A stretch of 45,893 nucleotides of DNA, filler included, from Catajapyx aquilonaris (Eukaryota): assembly GCA_000934665.2 (NCBI GenBank). It is 2 parts of 2 records of this genome, joined end to end, with 100 filler letters (N's around TTAATTAATTAA, not from the genome) between each part and the next. Parts side by side here need not be neighbours in the genome. Positions count along the whole stretch, not along the records: positions 1 to 23,031 come from JYFJ02005831.1; 1 more part is not named here. One strand, given 5' to 3'. The notes under the pieces are model-generated. The model was not told the origin of the DNA. It did not search any database and worked only from the letters and a program-made list of their open reading frames with translations. This document shows positions 10,540 to 22,445 of this stretch, piece by piece (the stretch's first letter is position 1; each line of letters starts with the position of its first letter). A program made the position numbers and the translations under genes.

Positions 10540-11714
10540 ATGGCGGAATCTACTACACTTGAAGGTTTACAATAATTTTAAGATCTTGACATGATACCTG
10601 TCCTATACATAATAATAAGTCAGGTTTAATGAATTTCTTGGGTAATTAAATTTTGAAGTGTATTATATGTGCAAAAAAGCCTATAATTATTCTGGGCATG
10701 TACTGATGAAAGTGTGGGTGAGAACTAGATTCATGAAGATTTATTATATCAGTGTTTAATGCAAAAATATATTTACAGGCTCGAAAAGGATCACCTTACT
10801 CGTCGTTCTTCTTTCTGGTGTGTACATGCGTATGATTATGCTTAAATGTCAAGAACAATGATGGCACAATCATGCTAATTGTGATATATTTTTAGTTATC
10901 TTGGCCATCATCAGCCGTCAGGGATTTCTCATGGTACGTCCAGCTCCAACACGAATGAAGGGTAAGATTGCATATATAAGAGTAAGTAGCTCGTATTTGC
11001 ATTTGCAAATTTAGTTAATAAGTGACATTATCTCATTCCTGTTGTTTGTGCAAAAGAATAGTGACAAACAACTCTCTCCAGGTGCACAGAACATGCTCAT
11101 GAGGTGCCGTCCGTTTGAGCAGAAACACATCGTGACATTGTGGAGTGCTTGGGGTTACGTGGCTACCGATCCAATTAAAGTGTGTACTTCATAATAGTGT
11201 AACTGAAGGCTGCTAACATATTCTATTAAACTTTCTGCTGTTGCATGCGATAGGAATCTGAGCTTGTCTGCTTGGGTGTGGATATGCCCAGAACAACAGT
11301 GGAGGTGCTTGCAACTACAGAGTGTCCCACAGCAGACCCAACTCCTCCATTCACTACAAAGCAAACAAGCTGCATGATCTGCAATTGTTTGGGTCTGACC
11401 CAGTGGGAGGAGGAAAGAAGAAGATCTGAGGCCCCTTCACATGGTAGGACGTGTCTCTGCAAAAGACAAGTGCCTGGAGAAAACTGGAGGAACAGCACTG
11501 CAAACGCGTGCTTCAACTGCCTTACCGTGCCAAATGTGGTTACACCACCATGCTATCAGAACACATATTATTGCAGGTCTGATTTGTGGGAGTATGATAA
11601 ATTAAGTGACCTATATTATTCATACTGTAGATGATTAAATATTTGCATTGTTGCAGGTCCTGCCTCTACCACAGGTCACCACTACCAAAATGTGTGCAAC
11701 CAGTGCCAGTTTAG
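10540..11714 (+). CDS. Unknown Cys-rich secreted or membrane-anchored protein, 6 exons, ~202 aa
   Basis: Exons 10540-10564, 10779-10817, 10896-10961, 11082-11179, 11254-11576, 11657-11714; phases 1,1,1,0,2 all fit. Hydrophobic N-terminal segment RITLLVVLLSVILAIIS; 14 Cys. The first donor (GTTTAC) is weak. Confidence 0.6.
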
Positions 11715-11856
11715 GATGGCTACCACAACAAGTGGATAGAAAGTGTCCTACACCATTGCTTCGATATGTAAATTCTCAAGAGATAGTGCCAGTAATGCAT
11801 GAAATATACATGGACTCGTACAAATGATGTATTATGTAAGGAAAATTACGTAATGT

Positions 11857-13729
11857 TCAAATGGTAAATATTATGTTGGTTTCAGGATTAGGTGGAGCAT
11901 ATGAATAGCACAGTGTTTGTTTGTGGCTAGAAATTGGTTGCACCAATTGCAACTTGTTCACTACAGGTTGAGGTATCGAGGACGTACGTTGCTTGGCATG
12001 ATTGACACAAAATTCGAGAAGAAAGCAAACTGAAGACATGCAAAATCCAAATAAAAGTACCATGAAAGGTGACTTCAAGTTATGTGTCGCCAGGGATTTG
12101 GGGTCACTTTGTTCAGATGTAATTTTACCAGTTTTGAACCAAATCATAGTTTGCAGATCTTTTTGTCTCTTTTCTCTGATGTACTTGTCGTGTTGAAGGA
12201 TCCCGTAATCAACATATCTCATTACACCACTTTGAAGAGACTCAAACGTGATTGAATACTTCTTAGTGGATACCCCAGCCATCACTAGTGGCAGCTCGCT
12301 TCTCACTACATGAATCTGATCCCGATGAAGTTTGTTCTCATTGTCATAAATACCCATGAGCGGATGTTCTTGTATAAAACAAGCATACTTTTCCACTAGT
12401 GTCCTACGAATACATTCTTCCATGAACTCAGAATAGTTCTCGATGTCGTAATATTCGATCCCATTGGCGATCACTTTTTCCAATTCAATATCTGTGGCAT
12501 TAACAAAGAAATCAAAATTGAATGAGTCGCTCTTTTCTCCACCCCACTTGTACCCCATGTCCACAAGGTCAGTCAGAGTGTCAACATTTTTAACAGTTTT
12601 GTCAATGAGCAGTCCGATCACGTCTGAAGTGAAGAAGTTGCACATCAGGACACAGAAGAAGGAATACATGCAGAATATCCAGGTCGCAGCAGGTTGAAAT
12701 TTTGTTGTATTAATTGTTTGGTTACATAGCGGTGGAGTCACTCTCAAAACAAGAATGTTGACAACATTGAAGTAGTTTTTAGGCTTCAAGAGGTGCCAAA
12801 ACATTATTGTGATTGCCAAAATCAAGATGACGAAAGGCAGAAGGACTTGCCAGGAAAATGGAAAGAGGAGTACTTCCCATGTCATTGTTGGGGAGAAATG
12901 CTTTGTTACAATAAGCAAGTGATCCATTCGGTAAGGTTGGGTGAAGCTGTAACCGCCGTTGAATATCACCACATTTTGGCTAATATAGTAAACACTTTTT
13001 TCTTGTGTCAGATGTTCATTGGCCTTGTAATGCAAATATTGTTCCAAATACTTAATTAAATAATAATCCTCATTAAAGACGTAAATGTCTCTTCCGCGAA
13101 AGTTAACCGGGCTCATCTCAGAGTACAGATCTTGAAATGAAATCACGTGCTTTTCCTCAACTGAGTAGTATCCTGCATTGCAGAAGAAACATGGTGACAT
13201 GATTCTAGCTGTCAGTCGTCCATTTTCCTCTTTTAAATTGTCCACACTTAATCGGTGGATGTATTGAAGATATTCAATATTTAATGTTTCGTGTGGCTGT
13301 CCCTCTGTGACTTGCAACAATGAAATCACGAGTAACTTTCCAATTTCTTAGTGCATCAGAGAATTGCAGAATTAGTGGAATATAGTGTTCGTTGCTGGAG
13401 TGAACAAGAATCAAGAAGCACTGCCCCGATTGCTGGATCACCAATTCACTTTCGTCCACACTCTTCGGATTCTCCTCCAGTGCACCTATCACCACAGAAG
13501 TGTTCACCAGAGTGGGCAGTTGATCCAGACCGTTGTCCAGTACTCGTCCATCGTGTAGAATGGCCACGGAACAGTTGACCAGTCGAGAGTTCTCTTGGAT
13601 CATCCTGGACACCACTTCCACCAGAAGTGTCTCTTCGTAATGGTCATTGGATCTTGACCTAACTGATACTTTTGCACCACTTTCCAATAGTACTAAGAAG
13701 CAAGCAAAGAACACGGATTTAAAGAACAT
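11857..13729 (-). pseudogene. Family-A IR with a single frameshift
   Basis: Starts MFFKSVFF at 13729. A 2-bp deletion at ~13320 relative to the 14301-16181 paralog (GATTTCATTGTTGC vs GATTTCATTTTGTTGC) splits it into two ORFs; otherwise full length to PNPETNIIFTI*. Could be an assembly error. Confidence 0.8.
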
Positions 13730-14083
13730 ATCTCTTATTAGTGTTTGGATCCTCTTTGAGTCTTGTATAGACACGGCAGGTCTTGTTCTGCTCGAGATGG
13801 GAACTGAATTGGGTAATGCAGCACTTAACACTAGTGCACTGTAACTGTCAGTGAATGATTAATGAAGATCCCTGAATGACTGACATATTGTGGCTGCTTT
13901 CTAAATTTTCAAATGGATTGCTCTGAAACCTGTCACTATAGACTCGTCATCAGCAAGTTAGATCACATCCTGTGCCTCACGGAAAATGCCACTAATGCAT
14001 TAAATACAGTATATCTGAACTCTACGGGCAAATGGAGTAAGCTGTAAAAATATACGTTAATGACGATTTAAAATTATGTCACT

Positions 14084-14260
14084 TTCAAATGGCAGATATT
14101 TGGTTTGCCTCGGGACTGGGTGCTATGCATCAGGCGAATTGCATGGGGTTTGACTGTGGCTATAGAAATGGGTTGTACCAAATGCATGCATTTGGTACAA
14201 CTTGTTCCCTACAGGTTGAGTTATCGAGAAAGTTTGATCATGTTGGTTGACATGATTGCA
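14084..14260 (-). pseudogene. Decayed copy of an IR family-A 3' tail
   Basis: Resembles the paralog ends (CAACTTGTTCCCTACAGGTTGAGTTATCGAGAAAGTT, cf. 21455-21491) and has indels. Confidence 0.65.
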
Positions 14261-14300
14261 AGTGGAGCAAGCGGTCAAAAGAAGTGATGATTATTGCCAG

Positions 14301-16181
14301 TCATATGGTAAATATGAGGTTAGTTTCAGGATTGGGTGAAATATGCGAGTGACACTCTGTTTGCCTGTGGTTAGAAATGGGTCGCACCAAATGCAACTTG
14401 TTCCATGCAGGTTGAGATCTCGAGCAAGTTCGCTTACGTTGTTTGATATGAACGACACAAACTTCGACCAGGAAGCACACGGCAGAAATTCCAAATCCGA
14501 CAAAAAGTGCCATGAATGGTGACTTCAAGTTATGTGTCGCCAGGGATTTGGGGTCACTTTGTTCAGATGTAATTTTACCAGTTTTGAACCATATCATAGT
14601 TTGCAACTCTTTGTCTCGTTTTCGTGAGAGATACTCGCATTGAAGAATGCCGTAATCAACATATCTCATTACGCCACGTTGAAGAGACTCATACGTGATT
14701 GAATACTTATTTCGAGTGGATACCCCAATCATCACTATTGGCAGCTCACTTCGCACTACATGGATCTGATCCCTATGAAGTTTGTTCTCATCGTCACTGT
14801 CACCCATCAATGGATCTTCTTGTATAAAACAAGCATACTTTTCCACTAGTGCCCTACGAATACATTCTTCCATGAACTCGGAATAGTCCTCGATGAAGTA
14901 ATATTCGATCCCATTGGCGATCACCTTTTCCACTTCAATCTCAGTGACATTAACAAAGGAGTCAAAATAAAACTCGTTTTGTGTGCTGGTCCCCCACTCG
15001 TATCCCATGTCAACAAGATCCTTCAGAGAATCTACATTTTTAACCGGCGTCTTCATAAGCAGTCCGACCATGTTTAAAGTGAAGAAGTTGCACATCAGGA
15101 CACAGAAGAAGGAATACATGCAGAATATCCAGGTCGCAGCAGGTTTCAAGTCTCTGATTTTGATGGACTGGCACAAAAGGGGTGGAAACACTTTCAAAAT
15201 GAAGATGTTGACAACTAAGTCATTTCTCGGCTTCAAGAGGTGCCAAAACATTGCTGTGAGCAGGGAAATCACGAGGACGAAAGACAGAAGAACCTGCCAG
15301 GAAAATGGGAAAAGAAGCACTTCCCATATCATTGTTGGGGGGAAATGCTTCGTTACCATAAGTAAGTGATCCATTCGGTAAGGTAGGGTGTAGACTCTGT
15401 CATCCTTGTTTAATATCGGATCAATTTGGCTGATAGGGTAATCACTTTTTTCTTCTGTCCGACGTTCATTTGTCTTGTAGTGCAAATATTGTTCCAAGTA
15501 CGCATTTAAATAATCATCTTCATTAAAAACACAAATTTCCCTTCCACGAAAGTTCACCGGGATCATCTCAGTGTACAGATCTTGTAATAAAGTCACGTTC
15601 TTTTCTTCAACTGAGGCGTACCCTTCATCGCAGAAGTGGCATAGTGACAAAAATCGAGCTGTCAGTTGTCCATTTTCCTCTTTTAAGTTGTCCACACTTA
15701 ATTGGTACATGTGTCGAATATAATCAAAATCTACTATTTCGTCTTGCTGCTCATCTCTTACGTGCAACAAAATGAAATCACGAGTAATTTTCCAATATCT
15801 TAGTGCATAAAAGAATTGTCGACGTAGTGGGAGATAGTGTTCATTCTTGGAGTGAACAAGAATGAAGAAACATTGACCCGATTTCTGGATCACCAATTCA
15901 CTTTCGTCCACACTCTTCGGATTCTCCTCCAGTGAAGCAACTACCACTGGGACGTCCACACTAGTGATTAGTTTCTCCAGACCATTGTCCAGCACTCGTC
16001 CATCGTGCAGGATGGCCAAGGTGCAGTTGACCAGTCGAGTGTTCTCCTGACTCATTCTGGAAACTAATTTGACAAGAAGTGTCTCTTCGTTGTGATCTTT
16101 GGATCTTGATCTGGCTGTTACTTTTGCACAACTTCCCAATAGTACCAATGAGCAGGCAAATGACACTGTTTTAAATAACAT
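14301..16181 (-). CDS. Divergent IR, family A, intronless, 626 aa
   Basis: Full ORF with the same motifs as 7087-8916; ends SPNPETNLIFTI*. Confidence 0.88.
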   Translation of the reverse strand: MLFKTVSFACSLVLLGSCAKVTARSRSKDHNEETLLVKLVSRMSQENTRLVNCTLAILHDGRVLDNGLEKLITSVDVPVVVASLEENPKSVDESELVIQKSGQCFFILVHSKNEHYLPLRRQFFYALRYWKITRDFILLHVRDEQQDEIVDFDYIRHMYQLSVDNLKEENGQLTARFLSLCHFCDEGYASVEEKNVTLLQDLYTEMIPVNFRGREICVFNEDDYLNAYLEQYLHYKTNERRTEEKSDYPISQIDPILNKDDRVYTLPYRMDHLLMVTKHFPPTMIWEVLLFPFSWQVLLSFVLVISLLTAMFWHLLKPRNDLVVNIFILKVFPPLLCQSIKIRDLKPAATWIFCMYSFFCVLMCNFFTLNMVGLLMKTPVKNVDSLKDLVDMGYEWGTSTQNEFYFDSFVNVTEIEVEKVIANGIEYYFIEDYSEFMEECIRRALVEKYACFIQEDPLMGDSDDENKLHRDQIHVVRSELPIVMIGVSTRNKYSITYESLQRGVMRYVDYGILQCEYLSRKRDKELQTMIWFKTGKITSEQSDPKSLATHNLKSPFMALFVGFGISAVCFLVEVCVVHIKQRKRTCSRSQPAWNKLHLVRPISNHRQTECHSHISPNPETNLIFTI

Positions 16182-16269
16182 TTTTCTTCTTTTTATGTTA
16201 TAATAATTAGTGTTAGGATCCTCTCCTGATTGGTGAGTGTTGGTAACAACACAGTAGGTCTTGTTACGA

Positions 16270-16450
16270 TGGAGATGGTGACAGAATTGCGCATTGCGGC
16301 ACTTAGCATTCGTGTGATGTAACAGTCAGCGAATGATTTATGAAGGTCCTTGGATGATTGACATATCGTGTCTGCTTTTGAAAATCTGAAATGGATTTCC
16401 CCGAAACCTGTCAATGGACTCATCAGCAAGTTGGACCACACCTTGTGCTG
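16270..16450 (-). promoter_or_regulatory. Conserved upstream block shared by the minus-strand family-A IRs (copies at ~13800-13975, 20160-20312, 22525-22692)
   Basis: Plus-strand motifs GAATTGCGCATTGCGGCACTTAG and CAGCAAGTTGGACCACACCTT recur at similar distances from each start codon. A regulatory role is inferred, not shown. Confidence 0.5.
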
Positions 16451-16952
16451 CATTTACTATTCCTTCATTTCTACTAAAAGTAACACGAATCTATGGTTGG
16501 CATATCTTATTTTTGTACAGCCTGTCAATCAGGATATTGAATCACGCCATACATTTGATTGCTTATTCTATATGAAATATTTACAAAATATGAGTCGCAC
16601 ACTAGAGACATGAGGTCAGCGATTAAAACAGTAGCTGTAGGAGTTGATTAATTTCTTAAAATTTCTTTAAAGATGTATAATGCAATGAAGTCAGTTTGGA
16701 ACCAGGGTCAGTTTTATGCATGTCGAAGAACCAAAGTAAACATGGGAAGAAGACATTTTGAAAAAGGACAGGTGGTGGTAATCTGGTGGTAATATAGACC
16801 CTCACTTTCCAACTTTGTCCTTTAAATTGGATGACCCATTATTATGGCATTTCCAACAAGACAGGTAACTTACTGCCACACTGGCGGTAGGGGAGAAAGA
16901 ACGTGAGCAATTGCTGTTATTGCCAATTCTGAAACTCGTATAACATATGGTT

Positions 16953-18028
16953 TTCAATGCAGCATCGGTGTGTAAGTCATACAGTTTGAAAGTTTTGCAC
17001 CCTGGCTAGAAATGGGTCGCAACTTGTTCACTACAAGTTGAGTTCTCGAGCAAGTTTGCTCAGGGTGCTTGACATGATTGACACAAAACTCGAGCAGAAA
17101 ACAAACTGGTAAATCCAGATAAGAGTGCCTAATGGGGAAGTAGCCTTGGTCTGGGATGAGGGATTTTTGTTCATAACTAGCTAGCCCATGCCTGTAAACA
17201 TACATTCCATCACTCTGTTGCATCAAAATGACATTACTGGATAAATTACGGCACATTTAAAAGTGCCTTCAAAATTGGCGGGAAAAACGGGGCGGCCGGG
17301 TGGTGCCAATCGAAAGGGTACACTGAAATGCCTGGTTGACTGCGAGATGTGAGGAATTTGACTTTGAATTAAGCGCGGACACGACGGAAAGCATTCGCAA
17401 GGCGGCTGTAGGCCATCGAGGTGGAGAAGGGGGGCCTTCATGTGCCGAATTCGGGTGACAGATAATTTCTACCAGTTGGCACCACTGTCAGCCCAGAAGC
17501 GACTTGAGCGGCCTGGAATAAATACGCGCCCCGGCCGCTATCTTGCTCACGGAATGGGACGGTTGCTAACCACAGCGAAGCATTTTACAACAATGACGGG
17601 GCGCGTTCTATAACACCCTTTTTGCGTTCATTTCCCTTCGCGTGACGTCAACATTTTCTAGGGAAACAGTGACGTCACCATTTCCCTACGAAAAAACGCC
17701 AATATCTCCGGAACTGAAACTGATATCTTAAAACGGAATATGCCAAAAAAATCCAAAAAATATGGGCCAATTTATTATGTAGTTTCCAAAATGAAGGTTA
17801 GTTCCCCATTGTGATATCAAATTATGGTCGCTATAGTGATTTGGGATCACTTTGTTTAGGCGTAATTTTACCAGTTTTGAACCATATCACTACGGTTCTT
17901 TTTGTCGCTTTTCTGTGAGGTATGGCAGCATGTTACAATAAGAGGTGGCAACAGTCTCAAAACAAAGATATTGACAATATTGAAGGAATGTGTAGGCTTC
18001 AAGAGGTGCCAAAACATTTCTGTGATTG
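16953..18028 (-). pseudogene. Heavily deleted family-A IR relic interrupted by a TIR element
   Basis: Pieces MFWHLLKP..IVNIFVLRLLPPL (17940-18025), end-of-S2-like sequence (17835-17920) and VCFLLEFCVNHVK tail (16953-17130). Confidence 0.75.
17131..17810. mobile_element. Non-autonomous TIR element inserted in the IR relic
   Basis: Left AATGGGGAAGTAGCCTT and right AAGGTTAGTTCCCCATT are imperfect inverted repeats; IR-homologous sequence resumes on both sides. Confidence 0.65.
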
Positions 18029-18289
18029 ATGGTGAATTCTCAACGGAAAGTCCAAGAGTAATATACAAAATATACGTGGTCATTACTCTGCATGCAAATG
18101 GCGAAAGCTGTAAGAGGAAATGCTCGTTACTGCTTTACAATATGTCACATTCAAATGATAAATATTTAGTCAATTTGTTTCAGGATTGAGTGGAGCATAT
18201 GAATAACTCGGGTTTGCGCTTGGACAGAAATTGGTTGCACCATCATATGCATCTTGTTCACTGCAGATTAAGTTCTCTAGAAAGTTGGC

Positions 18290-20059
18290 TCACGTAGTTG
18301 AATAACACATTGCCTCGCGAAGAAAGCACACGACAGACATGCAAAGTCCAAATATAAGTGACAAGAACGGTGACTTCAAGTTATGTACTGCCAGGGTTTG
18401 GGGATCACTTTGTTCAGATGTAATTTTACCAGTTTTGAACCATATCATATTTTCCAGTTCTCTTTCTCGCTTTTCGCTGAGGAATTTGTCGTACTGAACA
18501 ATACCGTGATCAACATATCTCATTACACCACGTTGAAGAGACTCATACGTGATTGAATAGATCTCAGTTGCCACCCCAATCATCACTATTGGGAGTTCAC
18601 TTCGCACTACGTGAATCTGATCCCGATGAAGTTCGTTCTCATCGTCACGATAACTCGTCAGTGGAATTTCTTGTATAAAACAAGCATACTTTTCAACTAG
18701 TGCCTTATTAATGCATTTTGCCATGTAATCAAAATAGAACACGTTGTCTGTGTTGTAGTAGTCCATACCCTTAGCGATCACTTTCTCTACTTCAATCTCA
18801 GTGAATTCATCAAGGGAGTCAAAGTAAAACTTGTTGCGGGTGCTGGTCCCCCACGTGTAGCCCATGTCCACAAGATCCTTCAGAGAATCCACATTTTTAA
18901 CAGACTTTTCCATGAGCAGTCCGACCATGTCTGCAGTGAAGAAGTTGCACATCAGGACACAGAAGAAGGAATACATGCAGAATATCCAGGTCGCAGCAGG
19001 TTTCATATCGCTGATTTTCATGGACTGGCACAAAAGGGGTGGGAACACTTTCAAAATGAAGATGTTGACAAGGCGGTCATTTTTAATCTCTAACAGGTGC
19101 CAAAACATTGCTGTGAGCAGCACAATCACGGCGAGGAATGGCAAAAGGACCTGCCAGGAAAATGGCAAAAGGATCACTTCCCACTTCATTGTTGGGGTGA
19201 AATGCTTTGTTACCATAAGCAAGTGATCCATTCGGTAAGGTTGGGTGAAGCTGTAGTTGTGCCGATTGTAATAATTCAATGGAGCCTCTATCGGCACAGT
19301 TTGTGTGTTATAATAAACGCTTATATTTTGTGCCAGATATTCATCGGCCTTGTAGTGCAAATATTGTTCCAAGTAGTCATTTACATAAATATCTGTATCA
19401 GAGACGTAAATTTGTCTTCCACGAAAGTTCACTGGATTCATCTCGGAGTACAGATCTTGAAATGAAGTCACATTCCTTTCTTCAACAGAGGAGTTTCCTG
19501 CATCGCAGAAGTGGCACGGTGACAAAAATCGAGCTGTCAGTTGTCCATTTTCCTCTTTTAAATTGTCCACACTTAATTGGTACATGAGTCGAGTATATTC
19601 AAAATTTACACTTTCGTGCAGCTGCTGATCTTTTAAGTATAACAGAATGAAATCACGAGTAATTTTCCAATATCTTAGTGCATCAAAGAATTGTGCACGT
19701 AGTGGGAGATAGTGTTCATTCTTGGAGTGAACAAGAATGAAGAAGCACTGCCCCGATTGCTGGATCACCAATTCACTTTGGTTCACACTCTTCGGATTCT
19801 CCTCCAGCGAAGCAACCACCACTGGGACGTCCACACTAGTGATTAGTTTCTCTAGACCATTGTCCAGTACTCGTTCATCGTGCAGGATGGCCAAGGTGCA
19901 GTTGACCAGTCGAGTGCTCTCCTGGTGCATCCTGGACACTGCCTTTGCCAACAGTGTCTCTTCTTCATGGTCCTTGGGTCTTGACATCACTGTCACCATT
20001 GCACAACTTTCCAATAGCAATAATAATACGTATGTAAATAAGTGGGATTTAGAAAACAT
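18290..20059 (-). CDS. Divergent IR, family A, 589 aa, cytoplasmic tail lost by a late frameshift
   Basis: Intact through M4 (...MSVVCFL), then REAMCYSTT*. The former tail (AATCCTGAAACAAAT, NPETN) is still visible at ~18174-18188. Confidence 0.82.
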   Translation of the reverse strand: MFSKSHLFTYVLLLLLESCAMVTVMSRPKDHEEETLLAKAVSRMHQESTRLVNCTLAILHDERVLDNGLEKLITSVDVPVVVASLEENPKSVNQSELVIQQSGQCFFILVHSKNEHYLPLRAQFFDALRYWKITRDFILLYLKDQQLHESVNFEYTRLMYQLSVDNLKEENGQLTARFLSPCHFCDAGNSSVEERNVTSFQDLYSEMNPVNFRGRQIYVSDTDIYVNDYLEQYLHYKADEYLAQNISVYYNTQTVPIEAPLNYYNRHNYSFTQPYRMDHLLMVTKHFTPTMKWEVILLPFSWQVLLPFLAVIVLLTAMFWHLLEIKNDRLVNIFILKVFPPLLCQSMKISDMKPAATWIFCMYSFFCVLMCNFFTADMVGLLMEKSVKNVDSLKDLVDMGYTWGTSTRNKFYFDSLDEFTEIEVEKVIAKGMDYYNTDNVFYFDYMAKCINKALVEKYACFIQEIPLTSYRDDENELHRDQIHVVRSELPIVMIGVATEIYSITYESLQRGVMRYVDHGIVQYDKFLSEKRERELENMIWFKTGKITSEQSDPQTLAVHNLKSPFLSLIFGLCMSVVCFLREAMCYSTT

Positions 20060-21376
20060 AATTAACTGTTTGTTTTACACTCTAATAATTAGTGATAGGA
20101 TCCTCTCCTGATTGGGGAGTGTTGCTGAGGCACACTAGTTCTTGTTCTGTTCGAGTTAGCGACTGAATTGCGCATTGCGGCACTTAGTCAGTGACTGATT
20201 TATGAATATCCTCGGATGATTGATATCGTTTCTTATTTTGAAATATTCAAATAGACTCCCTCGAAACCTGTCAATGGTCTCGTCGTCAGCAAGTTGGACC
20301 ACACCTTGCTCCGCATTAACTATTCCCTCATTACTAATAGAGTAACATAATCTACAGTATATCCATGACTTGGCACGTGGTGTTATATTAATTAGCACAA
20401 CCTGTCAATGTAGATGTTGAGCCACAGTAGCATGACACGCACACCTTGCATTTCATTGCTTATTCCACATTAAAAATTTACAAATCGTAGCACACCATAG
20501 ATGTAAGGTATATACTGATTGAAACAGTAGCATCAAGAGTTTATTAATGCCTTAAAATGTATTTGAAAATGTACAACACAATGATGTCCATTAATTGTAG
20601 CCAGTGCCAGTTTTGTGCAAGATTCCAAGAACAAAGTAAACATGCGAAGAATAAACTTTCCAAAGAACACGTGGTGAAAATATGGACTCGTGACCTCTGA
20701 CCTCATTTTCAAGCTCGGGCCATTAAATTTTTAGACCCATTATTATTATTATAGCTTTTCCAACAGCACAATTAACTCTCTGCCACACTGGAAAGGTGAA
20801 GCTCCAGGACATTGGGGGAAGTCCAAACTAGTCTTGTATACAATGCTTACTGGAAAAAAAAATATCTGGGGCAAAATGTCGAGGCAAGGTTGATGGGCAT
20901 TTTAAAACTGACGTGAGATATGACTTCCTAATGTGATTTATTTATGTACAGTATTTATTTGCATTGATCAATACATAGATGAATATAATATATTATTCAA
21001 AAACTATATGACATGGGATTGCATGCAAAATAACAAATAACCATAACAATAAACCCATATCCAAAATAAACATACGTAGAAGTGAGAAAAGCCCTTCAAG
21101 AAATCAACATCAGCCATACCTTCACATTATTAGACTTGATAAACTGCAGCACGCATCCTTCAGTGACGGCAAGTTATACAAGCTGGTACACTAAAAATAT
21201 GGAGTACATTTTCTGTATCCAAAATGTTGCTGGCTTTAATTTGTAAATCCTCTAAAGGAAAGCGCCAGTAATATAATTATGAAATATATCTGAACTGTGC
21301 ATGCAAATGGGGTAATCTCTAAAAGAAAGCTCTCATATTGTTTGAAATTATGCCACTTTCATATAATATGGTAAAT

Positions 21377-22445
21377 CTAGTTTGTTTCAGGATTGGGTGG
21401 ATCGTGTGAGTTACACGGGGTTTGACTTGGTGTAGAAATTGGTCGCACCAAATGCAACTTGTTCCCTACAGGTTGAGTTATCGAGAAAGTTCGACCACGT
21501 TGGTTGACATGATGGACACAAAACTCGAGAAGAAAGCACATTGAAGACATGCAAAATCCGATAAAGAGTGCCATGAATGGTGACTTCAAGTTTTGTGTCG
21601 CCAAGGATTTGATATCACTTTGTCGAGGTGCAATTTTACCACTCTTGTACCATTTCACATTTTGCAGTTCTTGTTCTCGCTTTTGTCTGAGGTCATATTC
21701 GTATTGAGAAATGCCGTGATCAATATATCTCATTACACCACGTCGAAGAGACTCTAATGTGATTGAATACTTAACAGTGGATACCCCAGCCATCATTATT
21801 GGGAGCCCACTCCGCACAACGTGATTCTGATCGCGATGAAGTTTGTTCTCATTGTCAGGGCAACTCTGATTCAGAAGTATATTATCATGTATAAAACAAG
21901 CATACATTTCCACTAGTGCCCTACGAACACATTCTTCCATGTACTCTCAATAATTCTGGTTGTTGGAATATTTCATCCCATTGAGAATCACTTTTTCAAC
22001 TTCAATCTCAGTGAAGTCTGCAAAGGATTTGTAATAAAACTTTTCATATCCGTAGCCACCCCACTCGTAGCCCAAGTCCACAAGATCAGTCAGAGAATCC
22101 ACATTTTTAACTGGTTTGTCCATCAGCAGTCCGACCATGTCTGAAGTGAAGAAGTTGGACATCATGACACAGAAGAAAAAATACATGCAGAACATCCAGG
22201 TCGCAGCAGGTTTCATATCTTTCATTTCGATGGACTGGCACAAAACCATTGTCCAGTACTCGTCCATCGTGCAGGATGGCCACAGAGCAGTTGACCAGTA
22301 GGGAGTTCTCCTGGCTCATCCTGGAAACTAATTTCACCAGAAGCCTCTCTTCGTCATTGTCCTTGGATCTTGACTTCACTGTCACTTTTGCACAACTTTC
22401 CAATAGTGAAAAGAAGTATACAAAGGACACGGTTTTACAGAACAT
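21377..22445 (-). pseudogene. Family-A IR pseudogene
   Basis: An internal deletion at ~22245 fuses DGRVLDNG to LCQSIEMK, removing S1 and M1 (roughly 0.8 kb versus paralogs). In-frame TGA at 21949-21947; tail truncated at PNPETN*. Confidence 0.88.

Noticed and set aside
12464..19226. Recurring antisense ORFs containing KKLHIRTQKKEYMQNIQVAAG
   Set aside because: Reverse-strand shadows of the conserved IR M3 block.
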